From Takakia lepidozioides (taxonomy: Eukaryota; Plantae; Bryophyta), in the NCBI GenBank assembly GCA_030704615.1, contig CM060733.1, positions 70,804,001 through 70,868,000 of the forward strand: DNA of 64,000 bases, given 5' to 3'. The notes beneath the pieces were generated by a model, which searched no databases, was not told the DNA's origin, and saw nothing but the letters and a program-made list of their open reading frames with translations. The number at the start of each line of letters is the position of its first letter. Positions within the stretch are counted from its first letter, which is position 1. A program made the position numbers and the translations under genes. This document shows positions 27,035 through 38,978 of the stretch, piece after piece.

Positions 27035-30000
27035 TCAATGATTTCTGGAATCCCTAAGGAGGAGTTTGTGCAGCTCGTTCACGCTCAACGCCGGTGCATG
27101 AATAAAGTCATCAATAGTCACGTTCATCCTCAACCTCTTCAGGTAAATGTAATACAGATGTTTGCACGGATAATACTTTGAACCCTTCTTTGCTTCCATC
27201 AACGAGAAGTCTGTACAATTGCAAGTCGGCTCCACTCCAATCGTAATTGTGTATACATCGTCGCGTACAGCCGAGCCGGCCGTTGCCATCCGATAAACAC
27301 GCCCAAGGCTGGGTGGAGGTACGTCCACGGAGCTCTGAATAGTGCAAGCCATCCCAAGAGCATTGGCAATCTGAGTTTCATTCAACTTGTTGGGAGGGTG
27401 TCGTCTCTTCACTCTTCCGAATCGCATTGTGGGATGTACAAAATTGTCCAATCCGTCTCTACTGGACCGAGCAGTCTGCAATGGTTGGGTCTGAGGAACC
27501 GAAAATGCGTGGGCCGGGATGTCTATGCGTTGCACCATTCAAAATCCTGCTGCAGATAGAGCATCCGCCTCATTCTAAGAGAGGCTGCAACCCGGTGCAA
27601 CAGGCCAGACGCCCGGAGGCTCCGGCATTCCCTGAATCTCGTACTTGGGTTTGCCAAGTACACAGGTCATTATGTCGTGCCTACAGAACCAAAATGTCTG
27701 CGTTGTGGCGTGAGCAAATGTGGGAGTCAAAAATCTGCCGCTGAAACAAGGTGCAGGTACAGCACCGTGTGGGTTCCTCCGAATCATCTCACCACAGCGT
27801 GCTCTCGTATCCACCCGGATGGCGCAACACTTCCCTCAAAATGTCGGCAATGTCCTCGCAATTCTCCACTGTGACTCCGACACTCTTGTCTCCACAATGG
27901 GAATGTTGTACTGCTTTACTACAGATGGCTCGTTATGTTGCCGGGGCACGCGCCCTGTGCTCAAAGGAGATGGCGATCTTGAACGTGCAGGACTTGCGGT
28001 GCTCGACGAGACTTCCTCGGGCAACATCACAGGACCACGAGGGAGCGTGCGAATATTCTTGTCAACTCGCCATGAATCCTCTTCTCCGCCAGGTGCCTCG
28101 TCAAGTCTTCGTCTCACTGGACGGGTATGAACATCTTTTTCCAAATGTTGGCCTCTTCGAAGCAATGGCGTGTCCCGAAGGCCCTCTCGCAAGGCCGCCG
28201 CCCACTTCCGAGGATTCTTCGATCTGGAGGCAGTCCGCATCAGCATTTCCTGCCTGTCCGGCCCCAAGCCCCACTGTTTCCCTTTCAAAAACTCGTTGTA
28301 CCTGCTTTGCTGCATAATTGACCTCACAATGTCCTCCGTTGTGGCAGTGAGGATGTCCACCAGATGCGCCGCAGAGGAGGCACGTCAGGAAGAGTGCACT
28401 GATTCGGCCATGTTTGTTGTGGGCATGTCGGTGTCGGAGTCGAGACACATTTCCTGCACAAGCACATGTTGAGGTTACAAGCAAGTTACAAATAATGCCA
28501 AGAATAATATTCAACGGGACGCGAATTCATGCAACTCACCTCCCGCATATAGTCGCCGAACTGGAGAAAACGATAATGCCACCATGCTAGTCAACTGACC
28601 ATTGCTCCCTTGTCTGATTTCCTTATAGCACCTGACGATGTCCACCAAGCCCGTATACATGCAAACTGTGTCTCTGCATCATCCAAGGTGGAAGCGCACT
28701 TCCACGCAAGACACATGGAACGGTGCTCCTCTCTGAAATCTGGCGCCACGAGCCTGGTTGTGTACTGCGAAAGGCTCTGCAGAAAATAGAACCCACAAGA
28801 TCTCCCATTGCCTTCCATGGGAACATTGGGGTCTTGCCCGTACACCCTTCGGATGGCAGCCCAATTTGCTTGTGCGTTGTCCGCCATGAAACCACGGAAA
28901 TTGGGAGGGGGCAATCCCGCCTTGGCCATCTGTTCATTTATTCCCTGCCAAAGAAGCATCTCTGATTGTGTGTCATCTCCTTTCATCTCACAAATAGCAA
29001 TTGTCATTAGCATCCTGCAGTGGGTGTCGTAGACATGTGCACCCATTGTCACCCACTGGTGATTTGTAATTCGCTTGATATGGTCGAACATGACCCAACT
29101 GTTTGACAAGTCCCCACTCGTCATCCTGTCGACCAGTTCGACGCCGCTGCCAGGTCCACATGTCGACATTTTGAATACGAAACAACGATCTGCCTCAATC
29201 CCTTGTCCTGGAAACCGACTTCCATGAATGTAGTCATATCCACATCGTCGCTTCACCTCCAGAATGGAGTGCATATCCGAGCCACGCCCAATTTTCTGTT
29301 TGCATGACACAATGTGGTTTTGGACATTTGGTGAACAGACGTGGGACACCGACTCCAGCAATGCCTCTATTTCCTTGTTATCGAGAGGAACTCTGTCGGA
29401 GCCGTCTTCCGACATAATTCTGGCCAACGCCATCTTATGGGCGGCTTGGAGCTGTATCTGTTTGGGTTTGGCACCCGGTCTCAACTTAACCTCCTCCTGA
29501 ACGAGCTGCTCTGCCTTGTGGGCAGCCTCCCGCGAGTTCCCCCTTGCCAATTTGTGACAATGGGAACCAACGTGTATGCAAGCTCGGGTGAGGTCAGGGA
29601 AACGGTGCAACACATAGAACTGCTTGGCATTACAAACAGACATGCAGTGTGGTGGTTCTTTGCAATGCGCACACTTAAATGTGGAGTTCGGAACCTTCTC
29701 TTGAGCTCGAAATGGTTGATGAGCTATGCCTGTCCAATCGGTCTCGTTCCTGTGACCTCTGGATTTAAAGTGGAAGCAAATTGGGGAGAAACACCGCAAC
29801 ACGCCCGCACAAACAACGTAGCGCATCCGCACACCATCGAGCATCTTCATGCTGGTGGTTTTGGTAACGCACCAAGGATGACCGTCATGTTTTCTATCCA
29901 TATCTGTCAACATTCCGGACGCCCTCGAGTAGTCCGCCCGAGGAGGGAACTCAAAGAAGATATTACCGTCGACGTCTGCGGGAAGACATGTAACCGATTT

Positions 30001-30627
30001 AATTGCGAACTTGCTGTAATCCAGCCCGGCCAGCTCCGAGCGGTGTCCCTCCATATGAAGCCCTCGCAGAATTTCAAGAATAGATCGAACTGCGGTGCTC
30101 GTGCTGGGAATATGACTCCCTCGTCCACTGACGTCCATTGAGGACTTGCCTGATCTCCAGGACGATCTCGGAACTTCCATGACCTCGTCTGAGTCAGACA
30201 GGTTGTGAACAACCCGGTTCTCGCTCGTCTTCATTGATGGGTTCGGCTCTGGATTTACTTCGTTGCGGACTTCTCTCTTTGAGGTACCCACTCTCTGATT
30301 CGCGGATTGTTTCGTTGAAGGCGCCAGGATAGAAGGTGCATTTGGCGGGCAAATGAAATCCCCAACAGCCCTGTATATGACGTTGTCTGATGGTGGAACT
30401 CGCCATTCCCTGCCATCGCCGAAATCATCGTGGAGCACAACAATACTCTCGACAACAACGCCGTTTGAGTCCTTCATTTCCTCCTCCAAAAAAACCGACC
30501 CCGATTTCAGGTGGTATCGAACGCACAGATATTTCTCCATCACCCGACAGATGTCCCCTCTGCACGGAAATGAAGCTCTATGCTCGTGAGGAGGGCAGTA
30601 CACTGTAGTGCTCGGGTTTTCCGCCAT
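27035..30627 (-). pseudogene. Mutator-like DDE transposase (~1170 codons) with GCM-like Cys/His region and C-terminal SWIM finger; 2 exons, premature stops
   Basis: Exons 30627-28540 and 28453-27035, 86-nt GT-AG intron. Catalytic-like motifs WVMFDH, GFMADNAQANWAAI, RSCGFY (CxxH position) and TTNMAESVH; SWIM CNC...YYPCKHL; N-terminal DGHPW...CAGVLRC...C...CAHC...C...HVGSHCH. Five in-frame stops, no frameshift. Confidence 0.85.
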
Positions 30628-30859
30628 GGGAGATGTGCACACAAGACTGCCAAGATGGCGTGCGGGCAAGCTCCCTGGTAGAAGGGGGATGCACCGATAA
30701 GAAGGAATGCCGTGCCGATTTGTCCGAGCAACGAAGCCTGATTCAAATCTAAGGAGCCAACTATCTCAAAAATCCACAGTCAGAGTGTTAATGAACCTTG
30801 TCTCCGAAATGCGGCCCCTGGTCTTTGCGCAATAACTGCCAACGGTATGCAGTCAGAAA

Positions 30860-32320
30860 GTGGGGGGCCGTCCGGATGATGTCGGCTGAAGGGGAGAAGC
30901 CGGCACCGTGCCGTCACATTACTACCCCCGAATGGAAATTCGGCACCGAATATCCAACCGGGGCCGCACGGATGAAGTCGCCTGGGGCAAAGAGGCCGGC
31001 ACCTGTCCGACAGAGAACATCCCCTGGATGGAAATTCAGCGCCGAATTTCCATCCGGATCCCCCCAAAGGAAGTCGTGTCGGGGGGTCAGGCCGAAAACT
31101 GGCCGACATAAAAACCTCCCCGGATGGAAAAACGGCGCCGAATTTCCATCCGGGGCTGTTCGGAGGCAGTCGGGGAGGGGGGAGAGGCCGGCACCTGGCC
31201 GTCACATTTCAACCCCCGGACGGAAATTCGGCACCGAATATCCAACAGGGGACGCCCGGATGAAGTCACCTCGGGCGGAGAGGCCGGCACGTGTCCGACA
31301 GAGAGCATCCCCAGGATGGAGATTCGGCGCCGAATTTCCATCCGGGCCCCCCCAAAGGAAGTCGTGTCGGGGGGTCAGGCCGAAAACTGGCCGACATAAA
31401 AACCTCCTCGGATGGAAAAACGGCACCGAATTTCCATCCAGGGCCGTTCGGATGCAGTCGGGGAGGGGGGAGAGGCCGGCACCAGGTCGTCACATTTCAA
31501 CCCCGGACGGAAATTCGGCACCGAATATCCAACAGGGGACGCCAGGATGAAGTCGCCTCGGGCGGAGAGGACGGCACCTGTCCGACAGAGAGCATCCCCT
31601 GGGTGGAGATTCGGCGCCGAATTTCCATCCGGGCCCCCCCAAAGGAAGTCGTGTCGGGGGGTCAGGCCGAAAGCTGGTCGACATAAAAACCTCCCCGGAT
31701 GGAAAAACGGCGCCGAATTTCCATCCGGGCCCGTTCAGATGCAGTCGGGGAGGGGGAGAGGCCGGCACCTGGCCGTCACATTTCAACCCCCGGACAGAAA
31801 TTCGGCACCGAATATCCAACAGGGGACGCCAGGATGAAGTCGCCTCGGGCGGAGAGGACAGCACCTGTCCGACAGAGAGCATCCCCTGGGTGGAGATTCG
31901 GCGCCGAATTTCCATCCGGGCCCCCCCAAAGGAAGTCGTGTCGGGGGGTCAGGCCGAAAGCTGGTCGACATAAAAACCTCCCCGGATGGAAAAACCGCGC
32001 CGAATTTCCATCCGGGGCCGTTCGGATGCAGTCGGGGAGGGGGAGAGGCCGGCACCTGGCCGTCACATTTCAACCCCCGGACGGAAATTCGGCACCGAAT
32101 ATCCAACAGGGGACGCCCGGATGAAGTCGCCTCAGGCGGAGAGGACGGCACCTGTCCGAATGAGAGCGTCCCCCGGATGGAAATTCGGCGCCGAATTTCC
32201 ATCCGGGCCCCATCAAAAGAAGTCCGGTCGGGTGGTGAGGCCGAAAACTGGACGATATAAAAACCTTCCAGGATGGAAAAACGGTGCCGAATTTCCGTCC
32301 GGGGCCGTTCCGATTTCCCT
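30860..32320. repeat. Tandem array, ~287-bp unit x5, three palindromic motifs per unit
   Basis: Marker AAATTCGGCACCGAATATCC at 30936, 31224, 31511, 31798, 32085; perfect 36-bp palindrome CCCGGATGGAAATTCGGCGCCGAATTTCCATCCGGG at 32172-32207. Confidence 0.95.
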
Positions 32321-32419
32321 CTAGCAGTCGAGGAGTCCATGAAAAATGTGTCTAAAAGTTCAGCCACAAAACTAACAGTTTACTGTGTTTTTCTCCGAAA
32401 AACCAAACGGCCACGCTCA

Positions 32420-32980
32420 GAATTACCTGCAGGATGGTAATTCGGCGCTTAGACTTACCTGGCGGATGGAAATTCGGCGCCGAATTTCCATCCGCCAGCG
32501 ATCCGAGTTACCTGCTGGATGGAAATTCGGCGCCGAATTTCCATCCATCTGGGCTCCGAATTACCTGCATGACGGAAATTCGGCGCTTGAAATTACCTGC
32601 AGGATGGAAATTCGGCGCCGGATTTCCATCCATCTGCGCGCAGAATTACTTGCGTGACGGAAATTTCGCGCGCCACCCTACCTGGCGGATGGAAATCCGG
32701 CGCCGGATTTCCATCCATCCGCGCGCAGAATTACCTGCGTGACGGAAATTTCGCGCGCCGCCCTACCTGGCGGATGGAAATCCGGCGCCGGATTTCCATC
32801 CATCCGCGCGCAGAATTACCTGCGTGACGGAAATTTTGCGCGCCGCCCTACCTGGCGGATGGAAATCCGGCGCCGGATTTCCATTTATCCGCACTCCAAA
32901 TTACCTGCAGGATGGAAATTAGGCGCCGGATTCCATCCTGCCGCGCTCCGAATTACCTCTACGTTGGAAATTCGGGGCCA
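32420..32980. repeat. Short-unit tandem array of the same palindrome with AATTACCTG spacers
   Basis: Repeated GGATGGAAAT(T/C)CGGCGCCG(A/G)ATTTCCATCC and half-sites. Confidence 0.9.
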
Positions 32981-33206
32981 AGTTGCGTCATATTTCATCC
33001 GAAAGGGAGGGCTTCATCCGACATTTAATTGCCTAGTTGGGCATTAAATGTCCACCGCTGTCCGTTTTGATTCGGGCTGGCGATACAGGGATTCCGCGGT
33101 TGCTTCCTCAATACGTACCCTAAATCTGATGCTAAACTTGGATTAACTTCTATTGGAGGCATGTACCCCAAAAAACCGAGATCTTTTTTCTTTTTGGCTG
33201 GGACTT

Positions 33207-36051
33207 ATGCCGCCTAAAGGGCGTGGCTCTCCTGAGAGAGACCCCACATCCAAACCGCGGCGGAAGTTGAGAGCTTTGTACTTTGGACGACGGCCAATCT
33301 CTCGCATGGCCAAACTTAAGCTCCAGCAGGAGATTCCAGTGTCTTGCTCACAACCCGCGCCAACTGAAGCCGAGTACTCCCAGGCAAGCCACTTCTGCTT
33401 TCGCTTTGTTCGCTTTCGCTTTTGCTTTCGCTTTGTTGTTTCGCTTTGTTTTCGCATCTTCATCCTGGCATCACTGGAAGCGTATGGTTGCATCGCAAAA
33501 GCAGGAGCTGTTGCGAAGAATGATCAAGGTCTGAGTGGTTAAAAATTAAGGAAATCCATGCTGAGCTGAGAATAATGTCTGAGCAGATGAAGTGCCTTCA
33601 AAACATTTCACCCTGTTTTCCCGTCTTATGGAATTCCTGATCAATTGTTCATCGTGTTTCATATTACCGGTTGAGTGAACCTTACATAGTTTGCAATGCG
33701 TGTGCAAAGCCGGCAGCTCTGGAGAAGGCTGCTTGTGCATGTCATTCTTAGGCATTGGTTGGATTTGTTTTCATTGTTGTTCCATGGCACTCCATACTTC
33801 CTAAACTTGTTTTGTTTTCATTGTTGTTCCACGATTGTTGCTATGGTGGTTGCGCTGCTCGTTGCGATGCTGGTTTTGGCACCGATGTTGGTTCTCACGA
33901 TTTTGGGGAATGACAAAGTGACAACGAGCCCGACACGCTGGTGGTATCATCGACAGCTCCAACTCATCGCATGTTTGAATCGCCCAACTTGGGGCGAGAG
34001 GGAAAACTTAAACCTTTTGTTGGTGGACAGGAGGACCTGCAGCGAGAGTACGACAGAATAGGCATTGGGGAGGTTGGTGCAGGCGGCATGGCAGGTGAAG
34101 GGCATCGGATTAGGACAGTGGATCCGGCAATGGAGGATGTTGATGCACATGCAGTAGGGCCCGCCCACGCAAAGAAGAAGAAGAAAGCCAAGCACATGCA
34201 ATCCCCGGCGAGAGAGCCGTCACTGGCTGCGGAGAGGGGAGTGAGCAGTGCGCGCGAGGGTGTCAGTTCGCCTCAATCAAAGGTGGTCGTCTTGGAGGGC
34301 TCCCCTGCTGCTAGCCCTAGTAAGAAACAGAAAGCCCGTGAGAGGGCAAAAGAGAGGGCAAAAGAACAGGCGAGACAGAATGCTAGCCAGGAGGAAAGAG
34401 AAAAGGCCACTGAAGAGGCCAGGGGTGCCCAAATGACAGATGCCAATGTAAGCGAGGGACGCACAGAGATGGTGGATCCCTCCAAGACACCACAAAGAGG
34501 CAGTAACACACCGGTTAGACCATTGCGGGCAAGAGCAGCCCCTGCAATTACCCATACGGTGGAGAGTGGAGGAGAGGAAAGAACACCAGAAAGAGCACGG
34601 ATTGTGCCAGTTCAAGGTGAAGCCGGGGAGAGGGCAGTACAGACGAGGAGAGTGCTCGAGGTGGTTTCGCCGGTGGCTGACCATGTTGAGGAGGACGACA
34701 GGGAGCTTTTTGACCAGGATGACATCCTCCCGGACATCCCCAGGCCCCAAACCCGCAGCATACAGGCTGGATTTGGCGGTCCTGGTGGGCTGCCGGAGAA
34801 CCCCTCTGCAGCAGACTTCATGTCGGAGGCGGATATGAAGTTGGCCGCTGCCAAGATGTTGGAGGCAACCCACAGCAACATTGGCAGGGTGCTGGGGGCA
34901 TGGTGTACCCGGCCAAGCTTCGGATTCCCCTTTGCCGCTTGGTGTCATTGCAGGTGGTGAGACCTGCCCTCCCAGGCGATATCGACAAGCTGAAATTCTC
35001 TTTCCGGGATGGATATTAAATGGGGTCTGCCGCGTTTTACGTTTCCATTGAGAACGACCACGGAGCTTCCCGTGCCCACACTTCCGATGAGGTGGACAAA
35101 TGGGGTCCCCATTGGCAAAGGCAAAATGAGGAGTTCGAGAGAACGATTGCTACTGATCCTCTTTTCCAGCACTTGTCCGGTAAGATGTTTTACGTGTGGG
35201 ACGGCAATCATCGCCTCCTGGCATGGATGGAGCACATAGCCGAAGCCCACCCCAACGACCTCGATTGGCATTTTGCCGTGGAGTGTGTTGTGCTGAAGGT
35301 TGCAGGGCCCAAAGATCGCAGTCTTCTCAAAGCTGCAATGGCGGACATCAACTCGTAAGTTACAACGCCTCTTGCTTTTAGACCCATCCAATTGTAAGTC
35401 ATTTCATTGCGAATCCTCATATTTGTTGAAAATTCCCATTTCAGTATTGTTTGATGGAAATGTGGCATTGCGGGGTGACTAAGAATGCCTTCATTGCCAC
35501 CAACTTGTCCCATATGCTCTTCCGAGTGAAGGATGTCGGGAAGCAGGGGGTGCAAGAGTTTGCCAATTCGCTCAGTGCCGACCTCCTGCGCAAGTCGGAG
35601 GCAAAGGCAGACAGAACCTGGTATAGGCTGAGCATGGACGCCATGGTGGACTACATATTTCGGGTAAAGCTCCTCACTGTTTTGTTGAGCTAATGTGTCT
35701 CTCCTCCCCCAATAGAAGAAAAAGTGTTGAGCAGGATCTCTAATCTTATGTGCGCATTCTTGACAGACGAAAATTCAGCAGGATTTGGCACATGCGCGGA
35801 GGTTCTACATGGAGTCAGAGGAAAAGAATCTAACCCTCCTGGCACTCGAATTGTATCTCAAAGCTGCGGAGGCCAGGGCCCGCATAAAGTACAAGTTGAG
35901 GATGGTAAAGTACGTGGCCATAGCTGATCCCGCCCTTGGTGCCGACTTTCTGGTGGAGGTGGGGAAGCACTACTCCCGCGCTCTGAAGCCCACGATGACA
36001 TTGGAGAAGCTCCATCGTCTAGCCACATCCTGTGTGGATGCAACAGAAAAG
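33207..36051 (+). pseudogene. 5' part of the ParB-MTase gene: basic/acidic low-complexity N-terminus, then ParB/sulfiredoxin-like domain
   Basis: IPLCRLVSLQVVRPALPGDIDKLKFSFRDGY*...FYVSIE...FYVWDGNHRLLAW (DGNHR, the DGHHR-type ParB/Srx motif). Donors at 35355, 35663 and 36052; acceptor ~35766. One frameshift in a G run (~34895) and one TAA. Start codon and first exon uncertain. Confidence 0.75.
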
Positions 36052-36195
36052 GTGATACATTCTTAACCAAATTGTGGTGGCAACAACTCGTTTTTGTGGT
36101 GTTTGGCGCTTACGAATATGCTGGCGGGCGGTTAATAGCTTGCGGCATGCAATTGCAATCGGGCCAGGGGACAAACTGAGCACGTGAAGGCTTAC

Positions 36196-38795
36196 CCGTG
36201 CCGCATGTGAAGTCCAGAATCCGCCCTTGGACATCCGAGCACGTCTCCATGAGGGTTTCGATGAAAGCAGGGCTCCGGGTCCGGCTGTACCGCCACGGTT
36301 TGCCTGTCTTTGTGTCCTTCGGCATACTGGAGTGGGGCACATAGTTGTAGAGGACATCGTAGGTAACAGGGTCCACAGCGGCATCAACAAGACGACCGTC
36401 GTTGCGGAATTTGAACGTAGACCCTCTCTTCACAAAGCAATATGCCTCAAACACCAATGTCTGCACATCCAACAAAAGAGGGATCAACTCTGGGATCTAG
36501 TTTAGATACACCACAATATGAGGTGAATGCAATAGATTGATAACTTACACTTTGGCCCTCTGTTCGCAACCCCTGTGTATTGATGCAGAACCATTTTCTG
36601 AGGAGGACCGGGGTGACACTTTTCGGTGTCCATCTTGCCACCGCGTTCTCTGTGGTCTTCCCTCTTGTGGCAATGACAACCACATATCAACCGTCATCTA
36701 GGAGCATCCCCGCCAGCCCAAACCCGGCTTTCCAGTAGTCCTCAGTAAACCTGTTCCAAGTGGGCACACCATCCAGGCCCTCTAGCAGCTCCCCATCTGG
36801 AATGTCGAGGAGAATCATATCGCAAGCTCTCTCCACCTCAACCCCCCCCCCCGAGTGCTCTTGCAATCTGTGCTCACAGCCGTGAAGAATTCCATCATGG
36901 CTTCAAAACCAGGGGTGTCTTTAGGCTCTATACCGGCAGCCCTCTTCTTGGCTTTCCCCTTCTGCTCCGCCAGAGACTTGCTGTGTGCCACCTTCTTCGC
37001 CTTGGCAGCTAGAGCGTCAAGGAAGCTCTCATTGACGCATTGGATGATGGTTGGAGGTTCTAGCTTTGGCCTGTGCGTAAACGTCACCGCCGAATACCGC
37101 CGTGTAGGCTCGCCCTCAAATGCCAACTTCTTGGCAAAGCCAGTCCTACTCCGAACTAACTTGGGAACCCGGACAACCGGTGACTTGGTAGCAGCAACAG
37201 CAGTCGCAGGACCTTGAACAAAGTCATCGTCCGAGTCACTCCCTTGGGTCCCCTCCTGCGCCTCCTCCGATGCCCCGATGGTTTTCTGTTTTTTGGGTGT
37301 TAATGTACTCACCTGTTTCCTTGTCATTTTCCTTTGGCCTTTATTCTTCTCATTCAATTTCTCCTGAATTCCTGCCTGAGCAAGCTCTGCCGCTTTCCTG
37401 GAGTTCGCAAGCGCTTTTGCCTCTTTTGCACCCAGCGGAGGCAGCGGAGCCCGGTTTCGTCAGGCCTCAGCATCCAGCTTCAATTGAAACTCGGATGGGT
37501 TGAGCGAGCCGGGCGGAAGGTCCACATACCAAGGGCAATCACGCAAATGTTCCAGATGCCACTCCTTCACAATATCGTCAGTGTACATGGAGTCAGCCCC
37601 AGGGTTCCTCCATGCCAGGAAGAATGGTGGCTCGAAAGACAGATGACCTTTCTCCAAAAGGGAGAACTTGCAGTACCTACATTCATGAAAAACACAATGA
37701 GGTCCCTGAACTGCAAATTCGGCACCATTTTCCCAGGTTGGGGCGGATCTGACTGGGCCTAGAAATGGAAAAATGGCGCCGAATTTTGGTTTTCGGTGAC
37801 TGCCACCCTAGGGACTTAGCCATCTTGGGAGCCCAGAACTGGAAATTCGGCGCCATTTTTCTTGGTTTGGCCCGAAAATGGCTAAGTTCCAAAACTGCCA
37901 GGGCCTAAAACTCGAAAAATGGCGCCGAATTTTGGTTTTTTGTGCCAGCCACCCTAGGGACTTAGCCATTTTCGGAGCCCTGAACTGGAAATTCGGCGCC
38001 ATTTTCCCTGGTCTAGCCCGAAAATGGCTAAGTCCCAGAACGGTAATAGGGCCTAGAACTGGAAAAATGGCGCCGAATTTCCAGTTCAGGGCCAGCCACC
38101 CTAGGGACTTAGCCATTTTCGGAGCCCTGAACTGGAAATTCGGCGCCATTTTCCCATTTCCGGCCCGAAAATGGCTAAGTCCCAGAACGGTAATAGGGCC
38201 TAGAACTGGAAAAATGGCGCCGAATTTCCAGTTCAGGGCCAGCCACCCTGGGGACTTAGCCATTTTCGGAGCCCTGAACTGGAAATTCGGCGCCATTTTC
38301 CCATTTCCGGCCCGAAAATGGCTAAGTCCCAGAACGGTAATATGGCCTTGAACTGGAAAAATGGCGCCAAATTTCCAGTTCAGGGCCAGGCACCCTAGGG
38401 ACTTAGCCATTTTATGTTAGAGGCCTTATGTGGCACATGAAAATTGGTCTTTGGGAAAATGGCGCCGAATTTCCAGTTCAGGGCGAAATGCAAGGACTTG
38501 AAAGGAAGGCATCGCGTATGTACCTGTACAGAAGGCGCATTGCTACTTTGTGCGCGTTCGGCTGGTCGGTGAACTTGTGGCTCCGGCGGGCATGGGGTAT
38601 CTCCCGAAAGAATAGGTCGGTTTTGTAGAGCAGAAAGTACCTCGTCACATAGTCGCATAGGCTCTCTGCTACAGGAGAAATCTCCATCTTGAACTGATGT
38701 GCTTGTGTGTCCAGCTGCTCCTGCGCATTCATCGTCACCTGTGGAGATTCTCCATCAGATCGCTTTCCTCAAAAAATACAATGAATCCACCCCCT
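36196..38795 (-). pseudogene. Inverted middle part of the ParB-MTase gene: beta-class amino-methyltransferase domain
   Basis: Minus-strand exons ~38795-38524, 37676-36549 and 36460-36196. Motif IV-like CDMILLDIPDG (36792-36824), LLDDG*YVVV, FEAYCFVK, then RSPAFIETLMETCSDVQGRILDFTCGTG (motifs X-I), in the beta-class order. Confidence 0.78.
37700..38480. repeat. Intronic tandem array, 147-bp self-complementary unit x~5
   Basis: GGGACTTAGCC at 37811, 37957, 38104, 38251, 38398; each unit has GGAAATTCGGCGCCATTTT and its inverse; lies inside the GT-AG intron 38523-37677. Confidence 0.93.
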
Positions 38796-38978
38796 ACAAG
38801 AGTAGAAGCGCCAAACGAAGCGTGGGGAAGTACCTAAAACCACCATGTCATGCGGTTCATCCACATGTCGAATGTGGGGTCAGACAGTTTGTCCGGTTTG
38901 GGGAAGCTCCACATGTCCCTTGTACTTTGGGAACCATTCCAGATTTGGAGCCACCGGGTCTGTCCAACCACCCCTCAG

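Noticed and set aside
30860-32980. CRISPR-like array of palindromic repeats
   Set aside because: Spacers are themselves repeated, the context is eukaryotic, and there are no cas genes.
30780-33047. Many 100-250-aa ORFs (WKFGAEFPSG, MEIRRRISI)
   Set aside because: Produced on both strands by the stop-poor GC-rich palindrome arrays; the same applies to 37808-38410 and 51417-52522.
36110-38738. Independent minus-strand methyltransferase gene convergent with a ParB gene
   Set aside because: It has no own start or end; its last donor pairs in phase with a plus-strand exon beyond the inverted repeat.
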